Virus record (IMG/VR): IMGVR_UViG_3300025141_000030
DNA from: a virus
Length of the DNA stretch: 64,000 nucleotides
Reading direction: 5' to 3' (one strand)
The position numbers and the translations under genes were made by a program. Each line of letters starts with the position of its first letter. The first letter of the stretch is position 1. This document shows positions 35,556-47,064 of this stretch, piece by piece. The notes under the pieces are model-generated. The model did no database searches. It was not told where the DNA came from and was given only the letters and a program-made list of their open reading frames with translations.

Positions 35556-37205
35556 ATGAATTACAAACAGCTTAGGAGGGTCCTGAGAGAACGTCTGGAC
35601 GCCCCCGGATCGCAAGGCGATGATGACCAAAGGCCTGAGGAGGAGCATCATCCTGTGGCCGTCCAGGAGCTTCCTGTGCAGGACCTGCCCGTTAACGTGG
35701 CCGACCTGACTGGCGAGGAGCTAGTCGCGCCTCCTGTCAATGACGCCGAGTTCCTACCAGGGAACCTACAGCAGCTGCAGCAGGCCGCTAGCGTTTTGGT
35801 CCAGCAGGTGCCCCCGCTTCAGATCCAGGACTTCTATCACCGCCTCCGACGACTGATCGGAACTGTCATCCGCCAGCAGAATATGGCGGGCGAGAATGAC
35901 GCCGAGCTCTCCCAGGAGCCGGGCGTCGGTCAGTCCATCGAGAGGGCCGACAATCCTGACGAGCCTGATTCCGCCGAGTCCGCCACTCCTGAGGTCTCCG
36001 AGGCGGCGAAGAGGATCCGCCGAGTGGTTCGCCAACAGGTGACAGAGCACAGGGTTAGGAAGGCTGTTAGACAGGTGCTTGTGGAACAATCGTCCCAGCA
36101 GGAGATCTTAGACGGGTTTAATCGAGAAGGCTTAGATTATAGGGATCCTTGGAATGATTTTCGAATGATGAATCCATGGATAATAAGACGCCTTAGCGAG
36201 AAGCCGATGGAAGAGATTCAGGCCATGCACGCTGAGTTTGAGTCAGCCGATGACTCGAGAGCAGACGATATTGTTAGAGATGTTCAGCGTGCCTATCTGC
36301 CTGGAGCTATTGGTGCTTTAAGAAAGCTAGGCCCACCTTTCTGGACTGACGCACATGAGGCCGCATATAAGGGAAGCAAGGATAGGGCAGCTACTGGCAA
36401 GACTGGCTCTGAGTCTGAACTATTAAAGAAGATTTCTGAGCAGCTTAAGGCCGAGGGCGTTAAAATGGGCGTTAGCGCAATTAGGAATGTTTTGGGCAGG
36501 TTTAATGAGAATTTAGGAATTAGATACTTTTTTGACAACAAAGGTGTGGTTATTCCCGAGAAGAAGAGCACATATGAAAAACTCTTACCTCTACTTGTAA
36601 TGAGCTTTAATCAATTATTTAGGACAGGTGTGAAGTCCTTTGTTTTTACGTCGCTTTATAATGGAGATCTTAGCGTTGAGCCCTATCAGGATAAGTCCCA
36701 GTCCCAAAATGAGATGGTTTTAAGGGAATTATATGACGCCTTTGGCTTGGAGTTTATGGATAATGAAAGCTTCGCTGAGCTGTCTAAAAGAATTTTTTCC
36801 GAGGTGCTTTTGGGTGGGTTTGAAGATGTGAAACTTAAGCCCGGCGCAGGTGGTTATGTAGGTCTTCCGTCTGCTACTGATAAGTCACGAAGAGCTGAAT
36901 ATGAAACCGAATTTGGTGCGGAGAATGTCCCCGCAAAACAAAGTGAATACACCAAGCTTGAAGAGGAAAATCCAGAGATAATACTTAGAAATGCCAAGAA
37001 AATTAATGTCAGACTAAAGGAGTTTGAGGATGATGTCTCCCGCCTACTCAGGACGTTTACAAAGGATGCTGCCGATGGATACATTAAGCAGACTGAGGAC
37101 GTTGTTGAGACATTTGAGGGAAATGAAATGGCTAGAGAAGTTCTTGAAACCGTGGGACAGGCATTTAAAAAACACCAAAAACACGCTGAGAAATTGAAGA
37201 AATAG
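35556..37205 (+). CDS. Large hypothetical protein with repeated LxE-ending amphipathic segments
   Basis: ATATTTA at 35528 and AGGAG RBS. Starts MNYKQLRRVLRE, with internal IRRVVRQQVTE and VRKAVRQVLVE. Confidence 0.65.
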   Translation: MNYKQLRRVLRERLDAPGSQGDDDQRPEEEHHPVAVQELPVQDLPVNVADLTGEELVAPPVNDAEFLPGNLQQLQQAASVLVQQVPPLQIQDFYHRLRRLIGTVIRQQNMAGENDAELSQEPGVGQSIERADNPDEPDSAESATPEVSEAAKRIRRVVRQQVTEHRVRKAVRQVLVEQSSQQEILDGFNREGLDYRDPWNDFRMMNPWIIRRLSEKPMEEIQAMHAEFESADDSRADDIVRDVQRAYLPGAIGALRKLGPPFWTDAHEAAYKGSKDRAATGKTGSESELLKKISEQLKAEGVKMGVSAIRNVLGRFNENLGIRYFFDNKGVVIPEKKSTYEKLLPLLVMSFNQLFRTGVKSFVFTSLYNGDLSVEPYQDKSQSQNEMVLRELYDAFGLEFMDNESFAELSKRIFSEVLLGGFEDVKLKPGAGGYVGLPSATDKSRRAEYETEFGAENVPAKQSEYTKLEEENPEIILRNAKKINVRLKEFEDDVSRLLRTFTKDAADGYIKQTEDVVETFEGNEMAREVLETVGQAFKKHQKHAEKLKK

Positions 37206-37252
37206 TTTTGGTATTTTACCTCTACTAAATATACACGGTTATTTAATCTCCT

Positions 37253-37268
37253 TCCTATTTAATATAGG
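37253..37268 (+). promoter_or_regulatory. Class B motif, identical 16-mer TCCTATTTAATATAGG (second copy 53594-53609)
   Basis: Exact 16-nt match in two intergenic regions upstream of + strand genes; CCTAT/ATAGG arms are complementary. Confidence 0.6.
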
Positions 37269-37296
37269 GTCTTAAGTCCCCCGACGGGAGGGATCT

Positions 37297-38241
37297 GTGA
37301 GGAGAGTTGTAAGTTTAGTTGTTTGTCTCTTGGTTGTTGTCTTTGCTGGAAGCTGCTCTGACTATACGATCTCAAGCGTTCGGCCTGACCCGGTAGTTAT
37401 AATTCAGAATGACTATCCGGATGTTGATGTCTGGGTGGACTCATTCTTCCAGCCTAACCCTGTCAACGGTGTGGACATTGTCTGGGTCATTGACACATCC
37501 GGCTCCATGACGCAGCATGACCAGCGACTTCTTGCGGGCATTGAGGCAATGATGAATGCGCTGCCCCCTTCGGGCTGGCGCCTTAACATGATCTCGGCAT
37601 CTCCCCCCAACGTTCTTAATGAACAGCAGTTTCCGCTGGTGCCTGGTGACACCGTGGTGCAGGCCACTGACATGTACGCTCACATGACCGTGGGCCACCG
37701 TGAGGCCGGCCTAGAGGCTATAATGGAGTACATTAACAACAACATCTACTCCTATACTTGGATGCGTCCTGATGCAGCCCTGCTGGTCGTGTTCGTCTCT
37801 GATGAGGAGGACCAGAGTAATCTTTTGGTTCCCGACTTTAACCAGTGGTACGCCTTTCAGCGTCCCAACGTATTTCTGGCATCAATTGTCAACTTAGCGC
37901 CTGCTGAGTCCCTCTGTAACCAGCGTCCCTATGATACCGGGGATCGATACATGGACGCAACTAATGCTTTCAACGGCACTATCGTTGATATCTGCTCGGA
38001 CGACTGGTCGCCTGGCGTTGTTGATGCCAGCGTTCAGATACAACCCTATGAGTTCTGGGACCTTTCCCACGCTCCTGTTGCAGATACAGTCAGGGTATTT
38101 TTTGATAGAGTACTAATAGAAACGGACTGGAGTTATGACTCTTCGCTGAATAGGGTGATATTTAGTGTATTGCCTCCACCCGGTGTTTTGGTGGAGATTG
38201 GCTACGTTCTTGACCAGCAAGAAGAGCCTGAAGAGGAGTAG
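37297..38241 (+). CDS. von Willebrand factor A domain lipoprotein
   Basis: Lipoprotein-like signal ending FAGSC; MIDAS motif VDIVWVIDTSGSM; VVFVSDEED. Confidence 0.8.
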   Translation: MRRVVSLVVCLLVVVFAGSCSDYTISSVRPDPVVIIQNDYPDVDVWVDSFFQPNPVNGVDIVWVIDTSGSMTQHDQRLLAGIEAMMNALPPSGWRLNMISASPPNVLNEQQFPLVPGDTVVQATDMYAHMTVGHREAGLEAIMEYINNNIYSYTWMRPDAALLVVFVSDEEDQSNLLVPDFNQWYAFQRPNVFLASIVNLAPAESLCNQRPYDTGDRYMDATNAFNGTIVDICSDDWSPGVVDASVQIQPYEFWDLSHAPVADTVRVFFDRVLIETDWSYDSSLNRVIFSVLPPPGVLVEIGYVLDQQEEPEEE

Positions 38242-38249
38242 GAAGTCAC

Positions 38250-38651
38250 ATGAAACTTAATGAGATTTTTGGCGTACGCTCAATGAAGGAATCGTTTGGA
38301 CGAGGTAACTCTTACGTCCCTCCCCTTATAAGGGAGTTTGCAGGCGAACCTGAACCTGAGGAGGACCCAGGCCTTAAGGGAGATGAGTGGAATATGCTCC
38401 ATGATCCCAATCGCCTAGTTCGGCAGTTTGATTTTGATGATGCCAGTATTATGAGGCGTTTTGTGACTGAAGTACTGAGTTTTCAGGAGGATGCTAATCA
38501 CCACGGCTCACTGTTGATTGAGAATGATTCCATCCGCGTAGAGGTGTGGACACATGATGTGAATGATGTTACTGAGCTGGATCGTGAATATGCCGCTGAG
38601 CTTTCTGATATCTACGGAGATGTGATGGGGACTTACAGTAATGTCGGATGA
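38250..38651 (+). CDS. Pterin-4-alpha-carbinolamine dehydratase (PhhB/PCD-like) with N-terminal extension
   Basis: W..L.R.FDF, NHH, VWTHD and VTELD motifs. Confidence 0.75.
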   Translation: MKLNEIFGVRSMKESFGRGNSYVPPLIREFAGEPEPEEDPGLKGDEWNMLHDPNRLVRQFDFDDASIMRRFVTEVLSFQEDANHHGSLLIENDSIRVEVWTHDVNDVTELDREYAAELSDIYGDVMGTYSNVG

Positions 38652-39051
38652 CATTCCACACACCCAGGAGACATTTTTTGTCAGTGAATCGATAGCTAGC
38701 GAAATTGATATGAATCAGTTCGCCTCCGGCGATGAAGATACTCTCACAGCTGCCGTCCTATCAGCTGAAATTTTTTTAGAGTCTGGCGAGTCGTTTAAGC
38801 TTGGTGTGACATCCTGCTCCACTTCTACCGGCGAGTCGTTTGGTATTGTGGCCAGCGTGGACTCGCCTCGTGTCCTGTCGCTGCTAATAGGACAGCACAT
38901 AACTTCCATCGCGCTGATCCTTTCTGATGAGTTAGTATTTGACGTGGATGTTGATGACATGAAGAGGACCATAGAAGTCCAGGCAACTGGAGGACAGTAT
39001 TTTCTTGTTGCACTTAATTTTGAAAAGAAGAACCTAATTATAAAAGGTTAA
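38641..39051 (+). CDS. Hypothetical protein
   Basis: In operon context. Confidence 0.55.
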   Translation: MSDDIPHTQETFFVSESIASEIDMNQFASGDEDTLTAAVLSAEIFLESGESFKLGVTSCSTSTGESFGIVASVDSPRVLSLLIGQHITSIALILSDELVFDVDVDDMKRTIEVQATGGQYFLVALNFEKKNLIIKG

Positions 39052-39062
39052 GGAGTATTAAA

Positions 39063-39272
39063 ATGAAAGACGACTTTGTAAGTGATGAGGCCAAGCAGGT
39101 TCAGGATCTTGGCTGGGATAAATTTATGGATGATATTGTTAAGCGTGAGGTTGATGCTTCTGAGGCACATCGCAGATACGTTGATGCTCACCAGGATCAT
39201 CCTACTAGGAAGCTTGATCGTAGAATTCGTGAGACCCCTCACAATAGGACCCGGTACATTAGGAAGAAGTAA
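39063..39272 (+). CDS. Hypothetical protein
   Basis: AAGGAG RBS; CTAATTA motif upstream. Confidence 0.6.
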   Translation: MKDDFVSDEAKQVQDLGWDKFMDDIVKREVDASEAHRRYVDAHQDHPTRKLDRRIRETPHNRTRYIRKK

Positions 39273-40003
39273 TGTCTAATAAGATTACTGCATTAATAGA
39301 TCGGCTGGTGCGTAGCGCCTTGACCGAGGCTGAGTCATCCACCGGCGTCAGGATTAAAACTGAACGGAATCTTGCAAATGAGATTGCCCTGTCTCTGGAT
39401 GAGCAGGAGGAAGAGGAAGAAGAGGCAGCCGAGGAGGAAACAGAGGCTCCTCCTGCTGATGACCCCGAGCCGGTCGGCGATATTTTAGACACTGAGGAGA
39501 CTGCCGAGGAAGAGACAGGTGGCGGTGAAGAGGCATCTGCTGAGGTCGATGTCGAGGTAACAGACGATTCCGAGCCTGATGCGTCATCTAAGCCTAAGAG
39601 GAAGATGTCGCCCCCGAAAGTGGCGACAGGCACCTCATACAAGGATTTTAAGCATAATTTTAATATAATCAGGTCTGCCCGCGCGATTAGTAAGCCCGTT
39701 AACGGTGAGAAGATGATTACCAAGACGGGAGTCAGGCTTCGTAATTATTTTGAGGGACTGACAGGTGCTGAAAAACAGGCACTTCAGAGGTTTATGGTGG
39801 GCCTTGCGCAGGTACTTGTGGTTGGAAAGCCTGCCGCGGATGCCACACGCCCAGACATTAAGAAGACAGAGCCAGAGGCCGTCGACGTTAAGGTGATTGA
39901 GCCCGAGCAGACTGACGTTGAAATTGGGGAGAATCCTCCTGTACGTGTTGTGGGATCTAAATTAGAGGGCATGATGAGATCTAAGAGGAAGCTTTTTACT
40001 TAG
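39272..40003 (+). CDS. Acidic hypothetical protein
   Basis: IDRLVRSALTE leader and a poly-Glu tract. Confidence 0.65.
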   Translation: MSNKITALIDRLVRSALTEAESSTGVRIKTERNLANEIALSLDEQEEEEEEAAEEETEAPPADDPEPVGDILDTEETAEEETGGGEEASAEVDVEVTDDSEPDASSKPKRKMSPPKVATGTSYKDFKHNFNIIRSARAISKPVNGEKMITKTGVRLRNYFEGLTGAEKQALQRFMVGLAQVLVVGKPAADATRPDIKKTEPEAVDVKVIEPEQTDVEIGENPPVRVVGSKLEGMMRSKRKLFT

Positions 40004-40018
40004 GCCTTATACAAGTAC

Positions 40019-40255
40019 ATGCGGCATGTGGTACCCTATAACATGCAAGTTAAAAATTACGAAACATTGAAAATTCCAGTCCGGGGCGGCAATAATCTAG
40101 AGGTTTCAATAACCGAAGAGTTCAAGGCCAAGGTCCGCCAGGCTATGTCCCTTAAAGAGAATGAGGATATTACTGACGATCAGATCGTTAATTTTATCTA
40201 CTCTTCCTTTAAAAATGCTATTGACAAGGAGAGCCTGAGCCATGGGAAGGAATAA
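40019..40255 (+). CDS. Hypothetical protein
   Basis: In operon context; start uncertain. Confidence 0.55.
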   Translation: MRHVVPYNMQVKNYETLKIPVRGGNNLEVSITEEFKAKVRQAMSLKENEDITDDQIVNFIYSSFKNAIDKESLSHGKE

Positions 40256-40475
40256 CAGCCAGTGGCGTCGAGAGCAGCGGAATGAAGAGGCACTTGAAAG
40301 ACAGGCACTCTATGACAAGTTATCATTGCAACAGAAGATTGAGCAGCTGGACAAGACGTTTGGCGTGGGAAAAGGCGCTACGCGTCAGCGCGCTCGACTG
40401 ACATCACTGATAGAGTCCCCGCCACCATCGAAAAAAACCAAAAAGGGCGGCAAGAAAAAAGGGCGGAACAAGTAG
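40242..40475 (+). CDS. Small basic protein
   Basis: AAGGAG RBS; Arg/Lys-rich. Confidence 0.6.
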   Translation: MGRNNSQWRREQRNEEALERQALYDKLSLQQKIEQLDKTFGVGKGATRQRARLTSLIESPPPSKKTKKGGKKKGRNK

Positions 40476-40478
40476 GCT

Positions 40479-41318
40479 CTACTCTGTTCCGAACCGCTGT
40501 AGGATATCTCGTTCTATTACTCTTCGACACACTGGTCGTTCGCTTTCTAGGCGGCATGCCTGCAGGAGGACACGATGTAGGTCGATGGTGCTTGCGGGTG
40601 ATGCATAGATAAGGTCCTCTTGTGCCTGCGGCATCACAAATACCTCCACATCAACTCCCCATAAAATGGCGACTAGCTGCGCTCTCTCATTAAACAGGCA
40701 CGATCCTGAAGATCCAAACCACCCGTATGTGTGAACTAATATTGCGCTCCTATTAGCACGTGAATCGATTGTCTCAAATCCCGCGATCTTCCCCTGGAAT
40801 GTCAGCATATCATGCTGACTTGGAAAGCCAGTGTAGGTTAAAATATCGCCTGCCTGCGGCGGTTCATTTTGAATGTTTAGGACTAGCGGTGTCCTGCTAC
40901 TTAATCGTTGATGTGTCAACATAATAGCTATATCATTTTGAGGGTCAGCATAAATTAGTTTAGATTCAACGCTTTCGTTATCTTTGCCCATTATTATAAT
41001 TTGGTTAGGGTCCATGTCATCTACAACATGCAGTGCTGTGATTATTAGCTTGAATCCCTTGTAAGTAAAGAAAGTTCCAGACCCGTGCCCTTGTCGACTT
41101 GGACTTGTGACCTTGACCGCTGCATTTCTTACTCGTCTTTCTACTAGCGTTTGCAGCGATATGGTGACATTTTCCACTCCGCTCTCTGAAAAAAGCTCGT
41201 TTATTTTATCGGTCTCTGGTGAGATGTCGCTTATGTTTTGTGTGCTTAGCGAATTACAGCTTAATAATATTGTTGAAACAAGTGCAAGCGATAGGTGTAA
41301 AATGAACTTATAAAACAT
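40479..41318 (-). CDS. Trypsin-like (S1) serine protease, probable lipoprotein
   Basis: GSG, ITALHVV (His), NDIA (Asp) and GWFGSSGS (Ser); signal ending LLSC. This is the only credible minus-strand gene, and ATATTTA lies upstream on the minus strand (41337-43). Confidence 0.8.
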   Translation of the reverse strand: MFYKFILHLSLALVSTILLSCNSLSTQNISDISPETDKINELFSESGVENVTISLQTLVERRVRNAAVKVTSPSRQGHGSGTFFTYKGFKLIITALHVVDDMDPNQIIIMGKDNESVESKLIYADPQNDIAIMLTHQRLSSRTPLVLNIQNEPPQAGDILTYTGFPSQHDMLTFQGKIAGFETIDSRANRSAILVHTYGWFGSSGSCLFNERAQLVAILWGVDVEVFVMPQAQEDLIYASPASTIDLHRVLLQACRLESERPVCRRVIERDILQRFGTE

Positions 41319-41383
41319 TGAAAAATCCCTTGCATATAAATATGACGATTTTAATAACAGGGATGAAATTAGGAGAATAAGCG

Positions 41384-41614
41384 TTGAGTCAGGACCAGAA
41401 GTTAGTTAAGGAGCTCTTAGGAAAACTTGAGACGATCGAGAACGAGGTGACCCTTTTGAGGGATGATCGAAAGACGGTGATTGAAGAGTATAAGGAAAAA
41501 TTAGACGTGAAGGCGTTTCGTGCCGCCATGAGGATCTTGAAGATTCGCCAGCAGGCAGATAACGACTTTGTGATAGATGAGATGCTAGATGCCATGGAGG
41601 GTAACAATGGATAA
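41384..41614 (+). CDS. GapR/DUF2312-like DNA-binding protein
   Basis: L..IENE...L.DD.K.V.EE.K..LDVKAFR..MRI.K pattern; AGGAG RBS before a TTG start. Confidence 0.65.
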   Translation: MSQDQKLVKELLGKLETIENEVTLLRDDRKTVIEEYKEKLDVKAFRAAMRILKIRQQADNDFVIDEMLDAMEGNNG

Positions 41615-41972
41615 TAAGAGTGGATGGGTCCCTGAGATTTTGTACGAGCAGGATGAGGGAGGCCTCTCCTCTAAGATTCCCTTTGTTCAGGTGCCTGATG
41701 GTGAGGAAATGCCAAACATGCTTTTTGTTTTTGAGTCCCGCGAGACAGGAGAAGTCGAACCGGGCCCAGAGGGTGAAGAGATTCCTGTCGTAGAGCTGGA
41801 CCTGCACCAGTATGCTGATATGAGCGTCCTTAAGGAGAAGCTGACATTTATCGAGTATGACAATGTTAGGTTTGCACTCGGCCTTGAGTCTTTTAAGACT
41901 GCGTCCATCAAGGGACGTGAAATTACGAGTAACATTCGGGTTAATATAGAAGAGGAAAATTTAGGGGAATAG
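41607..41972 (+). CDS. Hypothetical acidic protein
   Basis: GGAGG RBS; ATG 41607. Confidence 0.6.
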   Translation: MDNKSGWVPEILYEQDEGGLSSKIPFVQVPDGEEMPNMLFVFESRETGEVEPGPEGEEIPVVELDLHQYADMSVLKEKLTFIEYDNVRFALGLESFKTASIKGREITSNIRVNIEEENLGE

Positions 41973-42004
41973 CGACGACGTTAGCAATATTTATTTAAGA
42001 CGTC

Positions 42005-42508
42005 ATGACGGCTTTTACCAAAACAATGCTAGAGCACCTCGCTGGCCTATCCGACCCGCAGGATCGATTTACTCTGGAGGAGGAACGCCAGGAGTGTGTT
42101 TTTTATCCAGCTGAAGAGCCTGAGGATGAGATAACCCGTCGACGCCTTCACCGCGCCACACATCAGAAGATGGAACGCATGGCTGAGGATCGCGCGATGG
42201 GTCAAGTGAGTCGTCAACGTGTTCCGATGTATAGTCCCAATGCCGGTGTCAGGGCTCCCCAGTCTTACCTGACTGACCCCCAATTCGATGATCCTATCCC
42301 CACAGGACATACACTTCGTGATATATTTTTAACGCCAGATGATGAACTCGAAGCTGAGGCTGAGGCTCCTCCAGAGGAATTTGAGGAGGAGTCTGAGACG
42401 CCGACCGACACCGTAAACTCCTACGGGTATGGCCATGGCCGACAGTCAGGACGCCGTCCTGGATTTGGTGCCAGATCAGCCGGATACATTACTAATAATT
42501 CTGAGTAG
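42005..42508 (+). CDS. Hypothetical, likely disordered protein
   Basis: ATATTTA at 41987-93 upstream. Confidence 0.55.
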   Translation: MTAFTKTMLEHLAGLSDPQDRFTLEEERQECVFYPAEEPEDEITRRRLHRATHQKMERMAEDRAMGQVSRQRVPMYSPNAGVRAPQSYLTDPQFDDPIPTGHTLRDIFLTPDDELEAEAEAPPEEFEEESETPTDTVNSYGYGHGRQSGRRPGFGARSAGYITNNSE

Positions 42509-42531
42509 AATTTATTAAATTAGGAGGAAAT

Positions 42532-42705
42532 ATGAAACTTCACGATTCTGTCGTTGAGGCTATAATGCGCATTGTGGATATTTACGGAGGACACCGAGAG
42601 GAAATTAAGCTCCGACAGGAGATTGAGAAGATAGACTTGACTGTGTACGAGCAAAAAAATCCGCCCCACGCTAGGTTTTTAGTTGAGTCAAAGAATATTA
42701 AGTGA
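42532..42705 (+). CDS. Small hypothetical protein (57 aa, not in the ORF track)
   Basis: AGGAGG RBS, ATG 42532, MKLHDSVVEAIMRIVDIYGG..., TGA 42703-05. Confidence 0.65.
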   Translation: MKLHDSVVEAIMRIVDIYGGHREEIKLRQEIEKIDLTVYEQKNPPHARFLVESKNIK

Positions 42706-42719
42706 CCTTTGACATCTCG

Positions 42720-42747
42720 TGTACACATGATTGTTTTAGGATAATAT
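42720..42747 (+). promoter_or_regulatory. Class A promoter candidate TGTACA-N16-TAATAT
   Basis: Lies upstream of the 42766-exonuclease-groEL block. Confidence 0.65.
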
Positions 42748-42765
42748 AGAGGTATGGAGTGAGTC

Positions 42766-43257
42766 ATGGTTAAATATGAAGTAGGGCAGGTTCTATTTAT
42801 TCTGGCTGGTGCAAGTCGGGGTGTTGTTCCGGTCCGTATCTGTGAGGAGATTAAGAGAAAATCCCTTACTGAAACGACTACTGATTATCTTGTAAATTTT
42901 CCTGGCCGAGAAGAACCGGTAAATTTAAAGCAGGCCGACAAGCACGTGTTTGTTAGCGAACTCGAAGCCAAGAAATACATGATGAATAATGCTGAGTTGG
43001 CCGTTGATAACTTATTAAAGAAGGCCGTTGTTGTCGCTAAGAAGACTTTTGACTATAGTCGCAATGTGGCCGAGCCATCGCCACCATCCCCTAAGGAAAA
43101 TACCGCACCAGACTTGATGGAGAGTATAATGACAGGCGAGGAGGACGCAACCCCGGCCGAAATAGAGGTCAATGGTACCGAGATGCTTCTCGAGGACGGC
43201 GTGACCGCAAGGATTCACCTCCCGCCAGAGTTTCAGGACCTTATAGGGTCGGGCTGA
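42766..43257 (+). CDS. Hypothetical protein
   Basis: GGAG RBS; YEVGQVLF SH3/KOW-like start. Confidence 0.6.
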   Translation: MVKYEVGQVLFILAGASRGVVPVRICEEIKRKSLTETTTDYLVNFPGREEPVNLKQADKHVFVSELEAKKYMMNNAELAVDNLLKKAVVVAKKTFDYSRNVAEPSPPSPKENTAPDLMESIMTGEEDATPAEIEVNGTEMLLEDGVTARIHLPPEFQDLIGSG

Positions 43258-43262
43258 CAGGC

Positions 43263-44069
43263 ATGAGGGTTTTAATTCTTGACGGCTATAACCTTCTTCA
43301 TCGTGCCTACCACGGAAATCGATTTGGCCAGTTCCATACAGTCTTTAATTTCTTTAGGTCTTTACGACCAGTAGTCGAGAAGTTTAATCCGGATCGCGCA
43401 TACTTCGTTCTTGAGGGCTACCCCGTAGGGAATGTCCAGGCGCTGCCTAGCTATAAGGCTAATAGGGGTACAGCATCCGATATATTTAATGAACATAAAC
43501 ACGTATGTCTCAGTTTGCTTACAACGCACTTTCCTATTGAAGTGGTAAGGCATCCTAATTTTGAGGCCGACGATGTCGTCGGCGCGCTCGTAAGGCATTG
43601 GCACCCCGGCGATGATGTTACGGTGGTGTCTAGTGACACTGATTTTATTCAGCTTCTTAATGAGTTTAGCTCAGTTCAGCTTTATGATCCGATTCGAAAG
43701 AAATTTGCGGAGACACCTGACTATGATTATGTTATGTGGAAGGCGCTCCGTGGCGACTCGGCCGATTCAATTCCAGGTATTCCTGGCGTTGGAGACAAGA
43801 CAGCAACAAAGATGATCCATGATCCTACATTAATGGAGTCGAAACTGTCTAAGGATGATAATCGCCAGGTTTTTGAAAGAAATTTGAAATTAATTAAGTT
43901 CGATACGCTCGATGGTGAGATGGAGAGCCTGGAAGTCTCTGCACCCTCTGAGTCGTGGGAAGATGTTAGGTCAGTTTTTGCGGAATTTGAGTTCAATTCA
44001 ATTGTCAATGACAAGAGCTGGAATAAGTTTACAGAGACTTTTGAAAATCTTTGGACCGAGCTTAGTTAA
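43263..44069 (+). CDS. 5'-3' exonuclease / flap endonuclease (stand-alone Pol I N-domain; T4 RNase H-like)
   Basis: LILDGYNL, YKANR, EADD, SSDTDFIQL and GDSADSIPGIPGVGDKTA. Confidence 0.92.
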   Translation: MRVLILDGYNLLHRAYHGNRFGQFHTVFNFFRSLRPVVEKFNPDRAYFVLEGYPVGNVQALPSYKANRGTASDIFNEHKHVCLSLLTTHFPIEVVRHPNFEADDVVGALVRHWHPGDDVTVVSSDTDFIQLLNEFSSVQLYDPIRKKFAETPDYDYVMWKALRGDSADSIPGIPGVGDKTATKMIHDPTLMESKLSKDDNRQVFERNLKLIKFDTLDGEMESLEVSAPSESWEDVRSVFAEFEFNSIVNDKSWNKFTETFENLWTELS

Positions 44070-44099
44070 CAGCTCATCGTTTTCTATTAAAATTAGATT

Positions 44100-44297
44100 A
44101 TGATTATCAAAAATAAAAACGACCTATCTAACAATGATATTGCCACACTTCGAGAGAACGGCCTCCTCATGCAAAATGAGACGGCCATTGTTGAAGGTGA
44201 TCTTCTTGTTGCCGTGAATGTTGTAACACAGCGTCGTCGTGTCCTGGTGGTGGACGGCTTGATTCTAGAATGCAAGCGAACGCTGCTTAGGGACTAA
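44100..44297 (+). CDS. Small hypothetical protein
   Basis: 65 aa, directly coupled to groEL; no recognisable GroES motifs. Confidence 0.55.
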   Translation: MIIKNKNDLSNNDIATLRENGLLMQNETAIVEGDLLVAVNVVTQRRRVLVVDGLILECKRTLLRD

Positions 44298-45902
<1,605 letters not shown>

Positions 45903-45931
45903 TACTTATATGGAGTAATTCGGTGGGTTAA

Positions 45932-46201
45932 ATGTCAGTATTAAGAAATTTTATCTTTAGAACTATTAATGAGGCCGCTAAGGTGGAGGTGAAGGCGAAG
46001 TCTGCCTCGTTGACCGGCCTACAATCAGATTTAGAAGTTGCGCTGCCTAATCTAAAGGCGCGAGGCTATATTCAGTCTCACGGTAAAATTAAGAATGTTT
46101 CGCCTGGTAAGTCCAGGGTTAGTGTAAAGTACACAGGATCTAAGGGCACTCTTGTCGACAATATCATTAATTTTTATGGTCAGTTTATAAAGGTTACATA
46201 G
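45932..46201 (+). CDS. Hypothetical protein
   Basis: ATACTTA upstream (45902-08); MSVLRNFIFRTINE leader. Confidence 0.6.
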   Translation: MSVLRNFIFRTINEAAKVEVKAKSASLTGLQSDLEVALPNLKARGYIQSHGKIKNVSPGKSRVSVKYTGSKGTLVDNIINFYGQFIKVT

Positions 46202-46202
46202 A

Positions 46203-46820
46203 GTGAGCCTCCGCGATGTAGTACTGCTGGTCTTAGAGGAATACAGCGCATCTCCTGTTAATTTTAACGTTGATGCTGATGCTGGCCTTGACGATGTCGG
46301 TGAGCCCAATATCGATATAAGGATTCGAATCGATGGCGATTTTGATCGTGATGCCCTCGAGGCAGAGCTTTATGAGACGATTGTCCATGAGATGACACAC
46401 CTCGGCCAGGACAGCCTGGAAAAAGTTGGGCAGTCTTGTGGCCTAGATTATTTTGCCTGCTTTACCGAGAGTGAGGCATTCGCCTCAGGTCTCCTGGCCC
46501 GGGCCGTCCGGGCACATAGGAGCTTACCGGATGTGATTGATGACTACCTTCAAGCTCAGGTTACAGCCGACAGATTAAATGCTGAAAATGTGGCTACAGT
46601 TAAAGACACATGGCTGAAACAGGCTTCACGATTAGTACCTGAAATTGAACGTGAGAAACAAGTGTATGCGGCCCATGCCGTTCCAGAAATTTTAAAAACT
46701 ATTGATGCTAATGCCTCCACGACAGAGCCACTCGTGTATCATGGATATCCTTATATCGCCGATGTTGATGAAACAGATATTTTTACTATTGCATATGCTG
46801 TGAACTATTCTGCCAGTTAA
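46203..46820 (+). CDS. HExxH (zincin-like) domain protein
   Basis: ETIVHEMTH with a downstream Y....ESEAF motif. Confidence 0.55.
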   Translation: MSLRDVVLLVLEEYSASPVNFNVDADAGLDDVGEPNIDIRIRIDGDFDRDALEAELYETIVHEMTHLGQDSLEKVGQSCGLDYFACFTESEAFASGLLARAVRAHRSLPDVIDDYLQAQVTADRLNAENVATVKDTWLKQASRLVPEIEREKQVYAAHAVPEILKTIDANASTTEPLVYHGYPYIADVDETDIFTIAYAVNYSAS

Positions 46821-46866
46821 CAAATTCTTCTTTTCTCCATATTTATAATCAGTAGGAGGAATTATA

Positions 46867-47058
46867 GTGAGGTGGTGGCCCATAGCGCCCATTACTCCCA
46901 CCAAGCGCCCAGGTAATGAGCGCCAGCAAATTCCTTTGCCTATTCCCGGTCCGTACATAGAGCCACGACGTGACCCAATACACGATGAGGTATACGATCA
47001 AAAAAGTGAACGGGAATCGGAGGTGCCTAAGCGAGGCGTCATAATCATAGACATGTAG
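46867..47058 (+). CDS. Small Pro-rich protein
   Basis: ATATTTA at 46839 and AGGAGG RBS before GTG. Confidence 0.55.
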   Translation: MRWWPIAPITPTKRPGNERQQIPLPIPGPYIEPRRDPIHDEVYDQKSERESEVPKRGVIIIDM

Positions 47059-47064
47059 GAAATA

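Noticed and set aside
44100-44297. GroES upstream of groEL
   Set aside because: Too short and lacks the PLxDRV and mobile-loop GGI motifs.
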